DNA of 64,000 nucleotides from a virus, in IMG/VR virus record IMGVR_UViG_3300036832_001373, positions 1 to 64,000 of that record. One strand, given 5' to 3'. This document shows positions 1-9,114 of the stretch, piece after piece. Numbering within the stretch: position 1 is the first letter of the stretch; every line of letters begins with the position of its first letter. A model generated the notes under the pieces. That model was not told the DNA's origin. It worked only from the letters and a program-made list of their open reading frames with translations, and did no database searches. Both the position numbers and the translations under genes were made by a program.

Positions 1-62
1 AAGCCCCGGCAAAGCGGCCAACCGGCCGTCCCGGTTCGAAACCACACCCAAAACTACAGAAA

Positions 63-617
63 GTGAAACAAAACATGGCACGTGCAGAATCTATGGTTGC
101 TTTCATTGCCCAGCTCCGCACCCACGCAGCAATCAACCAAGGGACGGAATGGGACCTTCTTCCAACTGACGATACGATCGTCGCCGATCTGATCGGGAAC
201 GGTCGTAAGATGAATCGGATCATCGAGGGAGTGGGACGCAAGTTGAGCGTCCTTCGTTCCCAAGGTGGAACGGGCGATTGGTCGGTACTCGCTGCAATGG
301 GCTACGATGAGCTTCTGGCTCATCCGGCCAATCGGGCGGCTGCTGGTCTCGCTCAGATTGCCGACGCCAACGATCCAGTCGCGAAGTTGATCGCGGCTGC
401 GAAAGCTTCCGGTGACAACGTGGTCGCTCTTCCTCCTCCAGCTCCAATCGAAGCGTCGGTCGTTGATGCTCCGGTTGAAACTGCTCCGGTCGAAGAGACC
501 AAGACCGAGGAAGCGACCGAAGAAGTTAAGGAGGAAGTGACCGAGGTTCCTTCGTTCCTCTCTGCGATCAAAGACCAAAGCGAAGAGACCGAGACCAAGC
601 GTCCTCGTCGTCGTTGA
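63..617 (+). CDS. Hypothetical early protein with acidic/Pro-rich tail; paralog of 4865-5143 (likely start ATG 75)
   Basis: N-terminus FIAQLRTHAAINQGTEWDLLPT...GRKMNRIIEGVGRKLSVL aligns by eye with FVAKLRDHAAANPGTHWDLLPT...GRKWHRVVDGVGDKLRVL. Confidence 0.8.
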   Translation: MKQNMARAESMVAFIAQLRTHAAINQGTEWDLLPTDDTIVADLIGNGRKMNRIIEGVGRKLSVLRSQGGTGDWSVLAAMGYDELLAHPANRAAAGLAQIADANDPVAKLIAAAKASGDNVVALPPPAPIEASVVDAPVETAPVEETKTEEATEEVKEEVTEVPSFLSAIKDQSEETETKRPRRR

Positions 618-629
618 TCCACTAAGATT

Positions 630-655
630 GGTTGGATGGCTTCGGCCATCCAACC
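630..655 (+). terminator. Stem-loop terminator/processing hairpin
   Basis: GGTTGGATGGC-TTCG-GCCATCCAACC, 11-bp stem with UUCG loop just after the stop codon. Confidence 0.7.
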
Positions 656-734
656 TCTTCAACCAAAAGTGGTTGCCTATGCCCTCCAGCCCTGTCTGGA
701 TGGCGTTTTAAATAGTTATTGGTTGAATTTGCCG

Positions 735-780
735 TGTTAGTTGGAAATTCTGCTCTTTTAGGGCTAATTTCCAACTAACA
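735..780. repeat. 15-bp inverted repeat
   Basis: TGTTAGTTGGAAATT (735-749) / AATTTCCAACTAACA (766-780). Confidence 0.85.
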
Positions 781-876
781 AGGAGATTTACAACGAGTAT
801 TGCCCTAAACGCCCGTGGATATAGAGTTTCAAGAGGTTATTGGTTGGATTAGCCTAGGAAAAAGAAGGAAACCCCC

Positions 877-1308
877 ATGAGCGATAAAGTACGAGAGCAC
901 ACTTTCTATCTAATCCCTAGGGTTAAGATAGGATGCACTAAAGACCTCAAGAAAAGGAAAAGAAAGTATCCAGGAGGTACAGTACTTATTACAATTGAAA
1001 AACGTATGTGCGATGACCTAGAAGCTGAAGCTCGAGAAGAATATTGGCAGGACTATTACAACCTGCCAAGAGACAAACATGGGTACGCCAAGAATAATTG
1101 GAGTGCTAGAATGACTAAAGAACAGAGACAAGCATCAGTGAAGAAAGCGGCTGCCTCACGTAACAATCCAAGTAAAACTGGATTGTTACAAAAACTAGCA
1201 CTAGCTAGTCCTAACCACATTAGTAAAAAGATCTTTACTTGTCCAGTTTGTAGCTTTACCTGCAAAGGTAATTTAGGTCTTCGTAGTCATATGAGTACCC
1301 ACAAGTGA
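877..1308 (+). CDS. Putative free-standing GIY-YIG-like homing endonuclease with C-terminal zinc finger
   Basis: FYLI..KIGCT..L..R and E..WQDYY motifs, SPNHISKK repeat, CxxC...H..H end; paralogs at 20632 and 54688. Confidence 0.55.
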   Translation: MSDKVREHTFYLIPRVKIGCTKDLKKRKRKYPGGTVLITIEKRMCDDLEAEAREEYWQDYYNLPRDKHGYAKNNWSARMTKEQRQASVKKAAASRNNPSKTGLLQKLALASPNHISKKIFTCPVCSFTCKGNLGLRSHMSTHK

Positions 1309-1472
1309 AATACACGCCCCTCGCCCGGCGCTGAAGCGTCCATTTTTTCGGGCAACGGCGGGGCGGCCCCTTCAAAATAACGCTTCAGTGGCCTTCTACA
1401 GGCCGTGGAGGGGCCGTCTAGCGGCGGTCGGGTCTGGCGTTTTGCGTTTCCGAGAATGCCAACGTCTTTTAG

Positions 1473-1976
1473 TTGAAATTGAGGAGAAACTTGATGGCTA
1501 AGTATCGAGCAATAGTACCATTCGGAGGCAGTTACACGGAGGTCACAACCGACGCTTATAATCCAGCTTCAGCTACGAAGTGGCTTGAGCAGAGCTATGG
1601 ACAAGGCAACGTTCACTCAGTCAGTGAGATCCCTGAGATACGTAGGGGATTTGGAGGTAGCTTAATAAGCGATCTAGCTTTGATAATTAGTACGACAGTT
1701 GGTGCAATTGCCACCTACAGAGATCACCGTAGGATCAAGGAGCTTGAGGCTAGGCTTAGAACTCAGGATGAAGAACTTAGCCAGCCTCCACCTAGGAATC
1801 GAGGTAGGCCTAGCCTACGAGTTGTAGAAAATGAACCTGAAGTTCAGAAAGTTGAGCCTCAAGTTGTTCTTTCTAAGCCAGTTCAGGTTATAGCAATGTT
1901 AATTGGATGGATTATAGGTGGAGTTCCTATGGTACTGATTATGTGGTTTTTATTCCATCTTTTGGGAGTACATTGA
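1473..1976 (+). CDS. Hypothetical membrane protein (likely start 1494)
   Basis: Two hydrophobic segments; GAGGAG RBS before ATG 1494. Confidence 0.65.
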   Translation: MKLRRNLMAKYRAIVPFGGSYTEVTTDAYNPASATKWLEQSYGQGNVHSVSEIPEIRRGFGGSLISDLALIISTTVGAIATYRDHRRIKELEARLRTQDEELSQPPPRNRGRPSLRVVENEPEVQKVEPQVVLSKPVQVIAMLIGWIIGGVPMVLIMWFLFHLLGVH

Positions 1977-2010
1977 CTAAAATACAACTAGATTGACTAA
2001 AAAACGAGTT

Positions 2011-2042
2011 TTAAGGCATCCACTCAGGGCTGGATGCCTTAA
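2011..2042. terminator. Hairpin between convergent genes (bidirectional terminator candidate)
   Basis: TTAAGGCATCCA-8 nt-TGGATGCCTTAA. Confidence 0.65.
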
Positions 2043-2532
2043 CAGGTTGGATTTTTCGTTGTTAGTGGGCTACGGCCCAGTTGATCCAGGTGCAGTTGAG
2101 GTATGAAACTCCATACCAGTTGCTCCTGAGGCTCCAGTTGCACCTTCATCCGGTGGAGGAGGTGGATAAGGGTCCAGTGGAGGCTCTAGTTCAAAAATTG
2201 ACACTGAATGGTGCATTCCACGCCAGTCTTGAACTAGAGCTACAGTTGTAGGGTCAGCTCCAGTCGGATAGTCTGGATCTCCAGGTACCGCTTGACGCTG
2301 AACTACAACTCCATGACCTCGATAGAGCCTTTCATCAGTCTCTGGATCTCTGGTATCTGGATCTTTAGATTCAGCTTGAGTTTCTTTAGTTTTTGACTTA
2401 GCCATCTTGATTGATCTCCTTCAGTTTAGACTGAGTATAGGTTTATTTTCCTTGAGAATCCAACTAACAATCAATTTTAGGCTAGCCGACTGAGCCTGGA
2501 GGCCTTAACAGGTTGGATTTATCGTTGTTAGT
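2030..2532. repeat. 37-bp direct repeat (2030-2066 and 2496-2532) flanking the minus-strand gene
   Basis: CTGGAnGCCTTAACAGGTTGGATTTnTCGTTGTTAGT twice, 2 mismatches. Confidence 0.85.
2070..2405 (-). CDS. Hypothetical protein with Pro-rich and GATGASGATG stretch
   Basis: 111-aa ORF with GAAGGAG RBS upstream on the minus strand. Confidence 0.7.
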   Translation of the reverse strand: MAKSKTKETQAESKDPDTRDPETDERLYRGHGVVVQRQAVPGDPDYPTGADPTTVALVQDWRGMHHSVSIFELEPPLDPYPPPPPDEGATGASGATGMEFHTSTAPGSTGP

Positions 2533-2980
2533 TGAAACTTTTAGGAAAATTTACCTTTTTTAAGTTCGTAGTCGGCTTCGAGTCTAATTTATATAATTGT
2601 TTCATTTTAGCTGCAATCAACGGCAGTTGATCAACTGAGAAATTCGATCTTAGATACCTAAGGGATCTTCTTAGGTAGTGATCGACTCGATTTTCGGGGA
2701 TTTTAGCTAGCTTAGCTAGCTTTAGCCTAAAACTTTTAGATAAATTCACTTAAATTGCCTAAATTTCAGTCAATCTCGGATAAATCTTTTAATTATAAGT
2801 TGATTATCGGCTAGTGACAATTGATAATTGTTGTTATTCTGAAGTTTTTCTACAATATCTCGAGCTTTAGTCTCTGAAATCTGTTCATCCAGATCAAGTT
2901 GACGTTTAGTAAACGAATCAGCTGAAACTTTAACCATTTCAGTCTCCGTAGGCTAAACTTTAGGTAGATTTAGAACTTTT

Positions 2981-3265
2981 TTAGGCTAATTTAGAATTAA
3001 ATTTAGATTTCGGAGGACCTCTAGAACGAATTAGCCGATAAATTTCAGTTTTCAGTTCTGAATGCGGAACTTTAGAAAGAAATTTGAAGATTTCGTCAGT
3101 GGATTTTTCAGTTAAAATCGCTACTTCAGAACTGAGTTCGATCAAGTTAGCTAAATTTTCGTAGTGCGAGGCTGAATTCCACGTTTTTAGCCTGGATTCC
3201 AGATCTGAGAACAATTTTTTAGTTTGATTTTCAGTCTCGATTGCTAACCTTGCTACCACTGACAT
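2981..3265 (-). CDS. Hypothetical protein
   Basis: 94-aa ORF, GAGGTG RBS upstream on minus strand; atypical AT-rich composition. Confidence 0.4.
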   Translation of the reverse strand: MSVVARLAIETENQTKKLFSDLESRLKTWNSASHYENLANLIELSSEVAILTEKSTDEIFKFLSKVPHSELKTEIYRLIRSRGPPKSKFNSKLA

Positions 3266-3290
3266 TTAGCTACACCTCTGCCACCGGAGC

Positions 3291-3322
3291 TAAACACACT
3301 CCATACGTATGGAGTGTGTTTA
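3291..3322. repeat. Perfect 32-bp palindrome at the transcription divergence point
   Basis: TAAACACACTCCATAC|GTATGGAGTGTGTTTA, no spacer. Confidence 0.9.
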
Positions 3323-3700
3323 AAGTCGTAAAAACTGACGAGATTTAGGTTGTTAACTGGTGAGTAAGAACCTTTAAAGGTAGAAAATAAAATTTAGGAA
3401 AATTTAGTGAGTTGACCTGGGGAAAATCAAGATCAGAGAAGAGTTTAGTTCTTAGATCAAGTTTATTTTCTAGGTTAGATCAACTTATAGGGTAGCCTTA
3501 GGCGAGGAGCGTAGCGACGAGCTCCATCTTTGGAGGCTCACGCGCGTAGAGCTTACAATAATTCTACAACAATAGAGTTACCTATAGTTGTAGTCACATT
3601 CTTACTCTAACTCTTCTCTTTCTTACTCTTTCTTATCTTCTAACGGAGCTCGAGGCTAGGGATCGAGGAAAAGGGCTAGACTTAGCTAAGGGAGGAAACT

Positions 3701-4093
3701 TTGAAATCTAATCAGGAGATAAATAAAGAGGCATGGAGAATATCTCAAGAAACTGGAAGAGATTGGGAGGTAGTTAGGATAGAACTTAGAAGAAAAGAAG
3801 AAGATGAGGCTAACACTCAAACGAGGGATCAAGTGAAAGATAAAGTAGAGGATAAAGAACTTGACAAAATTGATGGCTTCACAGGCTATCTAGAGACACT
3901 TCTTGGAAAGAACGTTTCTATCCTAGTTGATCTAAACTCAAAAGGTGATCCAAATCTAAAAGAAAACTACAGAGGGATAGTAGAAAAAGTTGGGAAAGAT
4001 TTTATCTCACTAAGAATGACTTTAGGTACGGATACTAGAGTTAGAGTAGTAGTTAAAACTTACCTCATTATCTCAGTTTGGGAGTATAAGTAA
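3701..4093 (+). CDS. Hypothetical protein, C-terminal Sm/LSm-like beta-barrel suspected
   Basis: GGAGG RBS; L..LLGKNVSI...YRGIVEKVGKDFISL...VVVKTYLIISV pattern. Confidence 0.45.
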   Translation: MKSNQEINKEAWRISQETGRDWEVVRIELRRKEEDEANTQTRDQVKDKVEDKELDKIDGFTGYLETLLGKNVSILVDLNSKGDPNLKENYRGIVEKVGKDFISLRMTLGTDTRVRVVVKTYLIISVWEYK

Positions 4094-4113
4094 AATTGAT
4101 TCATTAAGTTGTT

Positions 4114-4141
4114 TAGGGAAAGTAGTTTAAGGAACGTTAAC
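4114..4141 (+). promoter_or_regulatory. Phage promoter motif AGGG-N16-CGTTRAC
   Basis: TAGGGAAAGTAGTTTAAGGAACGTTAAC; one of 12 copies with identical spacing. Confidence 0.7.
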
Positions 4142-4160
4142 AAGTGAGGAGAGAGAGAAA

Positions 4161-4676
4161 ATGGAGAATAGGACGAACTACAAGAAATTATTAATGGTAG
4201 GTACTGTAGTGTTAGTGTTACCTTTGGTAGGTTGTATAGAGGAAGGAGTAGGTCAGCCTAGGGAAAGGAATCCAATTGAAGTATATCCAGCGGCTATTCT
4301 AGCTGACCTATACGGCTTGCCTTACCAGAAGGGTATAGAAGTGGTATCAACAGTGGATAACGTAGAGGTAAAATCTATAACTCTCAACAGAGGAAACTGT
4401 GAGATAAAAGACACATTAAGGACTAGGGGAGTATACACATACAAAGAAGCCAAGTCAAGGGAGGAACTAGGATTTGGAGAATGGGAGTACCAGGATGACT
4501 TTACTCACTGGAGTAAAGTAACATCAGACACAGACTTTTCTAAGAACTGGACATATAGAACCAAAGGGTATAATTTGAAGTATGGAGAGGCTAAGCAACA
4601 CGCACTTTCATGTGATAGAATCTTAGAGATAGCAGTTAAAACTAATCTTGGAGAATATAAATTTGGAGGAGAGTGA
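4161..4676 (+). CDS. Putative lipoprotein
   Basis: Basic N-terminus, hydrophobic stretch and lipobox LVGC. Confidence 0.7.
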   Translation: MENRTNYKKLLMVGTVVLVLPLVGCIEEGVGQPRERNPIEVYPAAILADLYGLPYQKGIEVVSTVDNVEVKSITLNRGNCEIKDTLRTRGVYTYKEAKSREELGFGEWEYQDDFTHWSKVTSDTDFSKNWTYRTKGYNLKYGEAKQHALSCDRILEIAVKTNLGEYKFGGE

Positions 4677-4680
4677 AGAA

Positions 4681-4852
4681 TTTTTTAGTTGGACGTTCTC
4701 CCCGCGGCCTTTTGCCGCGGGCAAAAGAGGTTAAAAAAGGGGTTTAGCCCCAAAAGGGCCCAAAAAAGGCGTGTTTTTGGGCGAAAAAAGACGCGGCCCC
4801 GCCCCGGGGCGGAAAACGGGGTTCAAACGCACACCTAAAACAGAGCGGAAAA
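4681..4852 (+). promoter_or_regulatory. GC-rich, A-tract-punctuated intergenic element (copies at 1-74, about 1310-1460, 18939-19117, 34692-34843)
   Basis: Shared GGCGTSTTTTT, CCCGCGGC hairpin and CACACC motifs; no ApT dinucleotide across 172 bp. Confidence 0.55.
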
Positions 4853-4864
4853 TGGAGAAGATAA

Positions 4865-5143
4865 ATGGACATCAATACTCCTCTCGTTAAAGACTTCGTC
4901 GCCAAACTTCGTGACCACGCAGCAGCCAATCCAGGAACCCACTGGGACCTGCTTCCAACTGAGTACTCCTCGGTAGCTCTCCTGGTCATTCCAGGCCGAA
5001 AATGGCACCGAGTTGTTGATGGCGTTGGAGACAAGCTTCGAGTGCTCCAAGCAAATCCTGCCATTGGCTTGGCAGGTATTTCCACTCTTGGCTTCGCAGA
5101 GTTGAAAGCTCATCTTGCAAACGACAAGAAGACCACAACCTAA
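4865..5143 (+). CDS. Hypothetical early protein, paralog of 63-617
   Basis: Sequence similarity to 63-617; GGAG RBS. Confidence 0.8.
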   Translation: MDINTPLVKDFVAKLRDHAAANPGTHWDLLPTEYSSVALLVIPGRKWHRVVDGVGDKLRVLQANPAIGLAGISTLGFAELKAHLANDKKTTT

Positions 5144-5155
5144 GACGGTTGCTCG

Positions 5156-5180
5156 GGTTGGAGGCTTCAAGCCTCCAACC
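5156..5180 (+). terminator. Stem-loop homologous to 630-655
   Basis: GGTTGGAGGC-TTCAA-GCCTCCAACC. Confidence 0.6.
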
Positions 5181-5209
5181 ACTTAAGTTGAAACAATGGA
5201 GAACTAAAA

Positions 5210-5407
5210 ATGGAGACGAAAAACTTCGTGGTTCAAACGTTTACGCGGGACAGCAGGCAATCCATCGAGTGGTTCGATTCACTAGAGTACGCTAGAAACT
5301 TTAGTAAGGCAAATGGTTGCTCTTTAATCTATCGAAGAGAGCAAGTTGCTTGTATCGACAACGGTTTCCTCTACTTGAAATTGGAAGACTGTAAACCGAT
5401 TGATTGA
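5210..5407 (+). CDS. Hypothetical protein
   Basis: ORF with GGAG RBS in a co-oriented gene run. Confidence 0.65.
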   Translation: METKNFVVQTFTRDSRQSIEWFDSLEYARNFSKANGCSLIYRREQVACIDNGFLYLKLEDCKPID

Positions 5408-5789
5408 TTCGCTAAACAATGGAGAACTGAAAGTGACACGAACGAACGTTGGAAAACTGTACGTCCACACTCCAAAAGCTGTACGAAGAGGGCTTCCTGG
5501 AGATAGCGTCTATGCAGTGGTAGCTAGTAAGGGAAAATACCTGATATCCTGGGAATGTAAGTGGAGTGGAACGAAGTTGAAGCATCCAGCGTTTCCTGGA
5601 GAGCTTCTGGAGACCAACGATGAACGGTTGTTTATAATGAGGGATAACAACTATAGGTTATGGATTGGAGGTCCTACAGCTGACGGTAAAGGGTACAAAA
5701 CTTTAGTGAAGGTAGAAAGGGTTATCAACGGAATTGCACCAAGTAAAGTGTTTTACCTCGACAGTTACTACAAGAGGTTGTGGACCTAG
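5400..5789 (+). CDS. Hypothetical protein (likely GTG start 5433)
   Basis: ORF; GGAG RBS upstream of GTG. Confidence 0.65.
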   Translation: MIDSLNNGELKVTRTNVGKLYVHTPKAVRRGLPGDSVYAVVASKGKYLISWECKWSGTKLKHPAFPGELLETNDERLFIMRDNNYRLWIGGPTADGKGYKTLVKVERVINGIAPSKVFYLDSYYKRLWT

Positions 5790-5849
5790 ATTGGTCTAAC
5801 CTGGAGGGGAGCAGCGAAAGTTGCTCCTTTCTGGGGTGGACGATCCACC
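5789..5849 (+). ncRNA. Repeated intergenic RNA structure (copies 6089-6150, 9706-9763)
   Basis: GATTGRTCTA-[variable GC hairpin]-GGTGGAYGATC..CCACC, with compensatory G-C/A-U change in the basal stem. Confidence 0.6.
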
Positions 5850-5870
5850 AAAACCAAGAAGGAGATTAAC

Positions 5871-6089
5871 ATGCAACTAAACAATCTAGAAGCCAGAATA
5901 ACTAACCTGGAGAAAGCTGTTGTAACTCTTCTAGAGTCGAGACTTAAGTCTGTCAATGAAAGACTTAAGTCTTTCAAAGAAAGAAACGAAAGAAAAGAAA
6001 GAAGAGTAGCAGAACTGGAGGGTGCTCTTGAACAGATCCGTTCTCAGGCGTCCTCGGTCTTAGAGACATCTAAGGATAAAGCGGCCTAG
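5871..6089 (+). CDS. Small coiled-coil protein
   Basis: AAGGAG RBS; heptad pattern. Confidence 0.7.
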   Translation: MQLNNLEARITNLEKAVVTLLESRLKSVNERLKSFKERNERKERRVAELEGALEQIRSQASSVLETSKDKAA

Positions 6090-6131
6090 ATTGGTCTAGC
6101 TGGAAGGAGGAGCTTCGGCTCCTCCTTTTGG

Positions 6132-6380
6132 GTGGACGATCAAGCCCACCGAATGGAGGGCATGGGGATGCCAAAGAAATCAAGGGAAGAACTTGAGAAA
6201 GAGCTAATGAGCTTAGGGGCTAGCCTTGAGAACGTTCGAGGAATGACAGTAGAGGAGATGAAGGAAGAGCTAGTTAAGTTTGACAAGATGCTGGATGAAT
6301 TCGATAAAGATCCAAAGAAGCTAATAGAGCATGTAGGAAAACAACTTCGAGCTATGCAGAAAAAGTTACCGAGACACTAG
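6132..6380 (+). CDS. Hypothetical protein (likely start about 6162-6168)
   Basis: ORF; GGAGG RBS at about 6155. Confidence 0.6.
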   Translation: MDDQAHRMEGMGMPKKSREELEKELMSLGASLENVRGMTVEEMKEELVKFDKMLDEFDKDPKKLIEHVGKQLRAMQKKLPRH

Positions 6381-6609
6381 ACTTTAAATGGAGAAAACAG
6401 ATGAACTTGGAATCGTTCCTACACAAATATGGAACTACAGGAGTACCAATGACAGTTGAGACACTGCTTGAGCTGAGCACTGGAGGATCTACGGATCTTA
6501 GGTTAGAGGTTAGGGAGCAAATGGAGAATCTGAAGGCTATGCTTCAGCATGAACAGTATAAACTTTTGAAGACTTGATTGGTACACTAGACTAAACTGGA
6601 GAGCTGAAA

Positions 6610-6960
6610 ATGGACACAGACCAAAGGAAGGCAGAGATCTTAGCTAAGAACGAAAAATTGATGAGAGAAAACAAACTCAACGAGAAGGAACTAGCGATCC
6701 TAGTCGTTCCTTATATGCTTAGGATCCTTGATGAAGCAACTCCTGAAGAACAGTTTGAGCTGTCAGTGGTATTCGATGCAACTGGAAAGAAAGGTCAGGT
6801 TGTAATCGATGAGTGGATTGAACCAGATCCTGACCTTCAGGGAATCGAGCAAAAGAAACCAACTGGAGAGGTGGAAGAGGCAGTAGAAATTACCATCAAT
6901 GCGTATCCCTACCTAGTTGATTATATAACTAGGAAAGGGTGGCTTGGTAAAGCCAACTAA
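6610..6960 (+). CDS. Hypothetical protein
   Basis: ORF with GGAG RBS. Confidence 0.7.
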   Translation: MDTDQRKAEILAKNEKLMRENKLNEKELAILVVPYMLRILDEATPEEQFELSVVFDATGKKGQVVIDEWIEPDPDLQGIEQKKPTGEVEEAVEITINAYPYLVDYITRKGWLGKAN

Positions 6961-7001
6961 CCAAGAGAGAAATAGAGAAACTAGAAAGAGAGGAGATAAG
7001 A

Positions 7002-7208
7002 ATGCCTAGAAAATGCCTAACTCCGGGTTGCATCTATTCAACCCATTCAAGTGGACGTACCTTCTCAGTGAAGGTCCAGCTACCATTTCACCCTGGATGG
7101 GGTAGTTGGAATGCTCAGCAAGCCAAGGAACAAGAGGACTGGCTCCATGATGTGATGGAGAAAGCTATCGCTGAACGGTACAACTACCACTTTAAAAATG
7201 AGGAGTGA
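7002..7208 (+). CDS. Hypothetical protein
   Basis: ORF with AGGAG RBS. Confidence 0.65.
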   Translation: MPRKCLTPGCIYSTHSSGRTFSVKVQLPFHPGWGSWNAQQAKEQEDWLHDVMEKAIAERYNYHFKNEE

Positions 7209-7211
7209 ACA

Positions 7212-7520
7212 ATGATTCTTAAGTGGGAATCTCTCAGTACAAGATACCTAGACTTAGGAAACTTACAGTTTATGATGAATGATGAGGATCCTAGATCAGC
7301 TAGAGAGCAGTTAGACTCAGGATACAAACAATTTGGAGGATGGAATCCATTTCCAGGATTCAAACTAACTGGTAACAATAGTCTGATCTATCCTGGTGAT
7401 CCTCCACAACATCCAATAGCTAGAACTAAACTCAGAGAAGAGACAATACTTCTTTACCCTGGTGACTGGGTAGCGATTATACAACCCGATCGTTCATTCG
7501 AAGTCTGTAGGATGGATTAG
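7212..7520 (+). CDS. Hypothetical phage protein
   Basis: GAGGAG RBS; GGW.PF..F...YPGDP...WVAI.Q.D.SFEV.R.D composition. Confidence 0.7.
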   Translation: MILKWESLSTRYLDLGNLQFMMNDEDPRSAREQLDSGYKQFGGWNPFPGFKLTGNNSLIYPGDPPQHPIARTKLREETILLYPGDWVAIIQPDRSFEVCRMD

Positions 7521-7524
7521 AACC

Positions 7525-7866
7525 ATGGGAAGTAACATTCTTCGACCAGACTTACACCTAACTACAGATCAATTCCACTGGAGTAAGAAAGAGAAAACCT
7601 TCTCAGCTGAGTGTTCAGAACTCAGAATTAACGACAGGAAAGTATTTCCAGTCGGTGGCTTCTGGAAGGCTCTGAGTAGAGCATATAACGATGCCTGTGA
7701 TCTTGGATTCACTCTTGTGAGTCAAAAGACAGGCAAAGAGTTGACTATGGTCGTTGATAAGATTGACAGATCTGAAGATTACAGTGAGGGATTCAGATTT
7801 GTCGAGTTTGTTCCTGCTGATCGTGGGTACAAAGAAAGGTTTAAGGTAGTAATCTTTAATGGCTAA
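7525..7866 (+). CDS. Hypothetical phage protein
   Basis: ORF in co-oriented run. Confidence 0.7.
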   Translation: MGSNILRPDLHLTTDQFHWSKKEKTFSAECSELRINDRKVFPVGGFWKALSRAYNDACDLGFTLVSQKTGKELTMVVDKIDRSEDYSEGFRFVEFVPADRGYKERFKVVIFNG

Positions 7867-7892
7867 CGACTATCAAACACGGAGAAAGAATC

Positions 7893-8201
7893 ATGACTGA
7901 TACTAAGACAAATCAAAAGTTGTATAATGCTCCTTCTGTGTTCCATACAGTTCTGGCGAACGCAGGATTCTACCACGAGATGACTGGACACGGTTGTGAG
8001 ATGAGTGATTCACCGGATGGTGCTACGTACAGCTACTCCAATGGTGAAATTGGAAAACCAACAGTCAAGACGATATCTCACCATCGTGTCTACGATTACG
8101 CTAGAGACGTTTTTGTGGATAAGTTCTACGTCGGTGATCTGGATGCACACTTCGAAGAGTTTGACTCAATTTCTAAAGCAATCGAGGCAGCTAAGTCCTG
8201 A
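7893..8201 (+). CDS. Hypothetical protein
   Basis: ACGGAGAAAG leader shared with neighbouring genes. Confidence 0.7.
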   Translation: MTDTKTNQKLYNAPSVFHTVLANAGFYHEMTGHGCEMSDSPDGATYSYSNGEIGKPTVKTISHHRVYDYARDVFVDKFYVGDLDAHFEEFDSISKAIEAAKS

Positions 8202-8226
8202 TTGATCTACTAAACGGAGAAAGAGA

Positions 8227-8391
8227 ATGAGAAAGATCGTAACTAACTTGGATCCTAAGCCGATCCCAATGCGTAACTTCGATTGGTTAGCAGTTGATGA
8301 TAACTACGAGCCGGGTGATCTAATTGGTCATGGGACCTCTGAACTAGAAGCCATAAAGGATCTCTTAGAACAAATTGAAGAGTTAGGGTAG
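8227..8391 (+). CDS. Small hypothetical protein (54 aa, not in ORF track)
   Basis: MRKIVTNLDPKPIPMRNFDWLAVDDNYEPGDLIGHGTSELEAIKDLLEQIEELG*, ACGGAGAAAG leader. Confidence 0.7.
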   Translation: MRKIVTNLDPKPIPMRNFDWLAVDDNYEPGDLIGHGTSELEAIKDLLEQIEELG

Positions 8392-8411
8392 ACTCTAGCT
8401 GAAACGTTAGT
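8384..8411 (+). promoter_or_regulatory. Phage promoter motif copy
   Basis: TAGGGTAGACTCTAGCTGAAACGTTAG, same spacing. Confidence 0.55.
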
Positions 8412-8441
8412 TAGCTAAGGAAAATTACACGGAGAAAGTAA

Positions 8442-8789
8442 ATGGAAAAGTATTACTACATAGATAGAGACGAGACCGCATTCGGAGGAGAAATAGTTAG
8501 AGTAGCTGAGTTTAGTACCTGGGGTGAGGCTAGAAAAGCTTGGAAAGAAATGGAACCTGATACTGCTAGGGACGTAGTACTCTGGCTAGCTCGTGGATAT
8601 AGAAATCATGAGGACTATGGTGAGACATTGGATGCTAAGCCACCAGAAGCTCATCCGTTCCATCCAAGTAACTTTAGGGATATGTTCAGAGAAAATGATC
8701 TCAAGAAAATCGATAAGAAGTTCAAGGAGGCTAAGGGGCTAGGAGGTCCTAGTATAGACTTGTCCAAATTAAAGATTAAGAGGAAGTAA
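8442..8789 (+). CDS. Hypothetical protein
   Basis: ACGGAGAAAG leader. Confidence 0.7.
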   Translation: MEKYYYIDRDETAFGGEIVRVAEFSTWGEARKAWKEMEPDTARDVVLWLARGYRNHEDYGETLDAKPPEAHPFHPSNFRDMFRENDLKKIDKKFKEAKGLGGPSIDLSKLKIKRK

Positions 8790-8817
8790 ATTCTCCCTTC
8801 TAAGGCGAGTGATCTAA

Positions 8818-9114
8818 ATGGAGACCAAAGTGGAAAACAAAAGGAAGTTTTACTTGGCAAGAATCTTGGATAAATCCAAGAAGATTAACTTCGTTTTGAT
8901 GCTAGCAAACGATAAAGAAGATACCACTTTAATTCTTCTAAAGAATAATATTCTTCAGGATGGAGAAGAATACTTAGACAGCAGAGAACTACTCGAGGAG
9001 GATAAGAAAGTTTATCCAAACCAGATCTTAGAAAAGATAAACGAAGGATACACACTTAGGTTTGGGTTGGTTAACCCAAGGATTCCAGAAGAGTTAATAA
9101 AAGGAGTAGATTGA
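8818..9114 (+). CDS. Hypothetical protein
   Basis: ORF in co-oriented run. Confidence 0.6.
   Translation: METKVENKRKFYLARILDKSKKINFVLMLANDKEDTTLILLKNNILQDGEEYLDSRELLEEDKKVYPNQILEKINEGYTLRFGLVNPRIPEELIKGVD

Noticed and set aside
28-50. tRNA fragment (GGTTCGAAACC)
   Set aside because: No 5-bp T-stem, acceptor stem or CCA; it is part of the GC-island motif shared with 4819-4840
54-662. Minus-strand 202-aa ORF and other antisense ORFs (e.g. 10175-10591, 54250-54777, 58777-59241)
   Set aside because: Shadows of well-supported plus-strand genes
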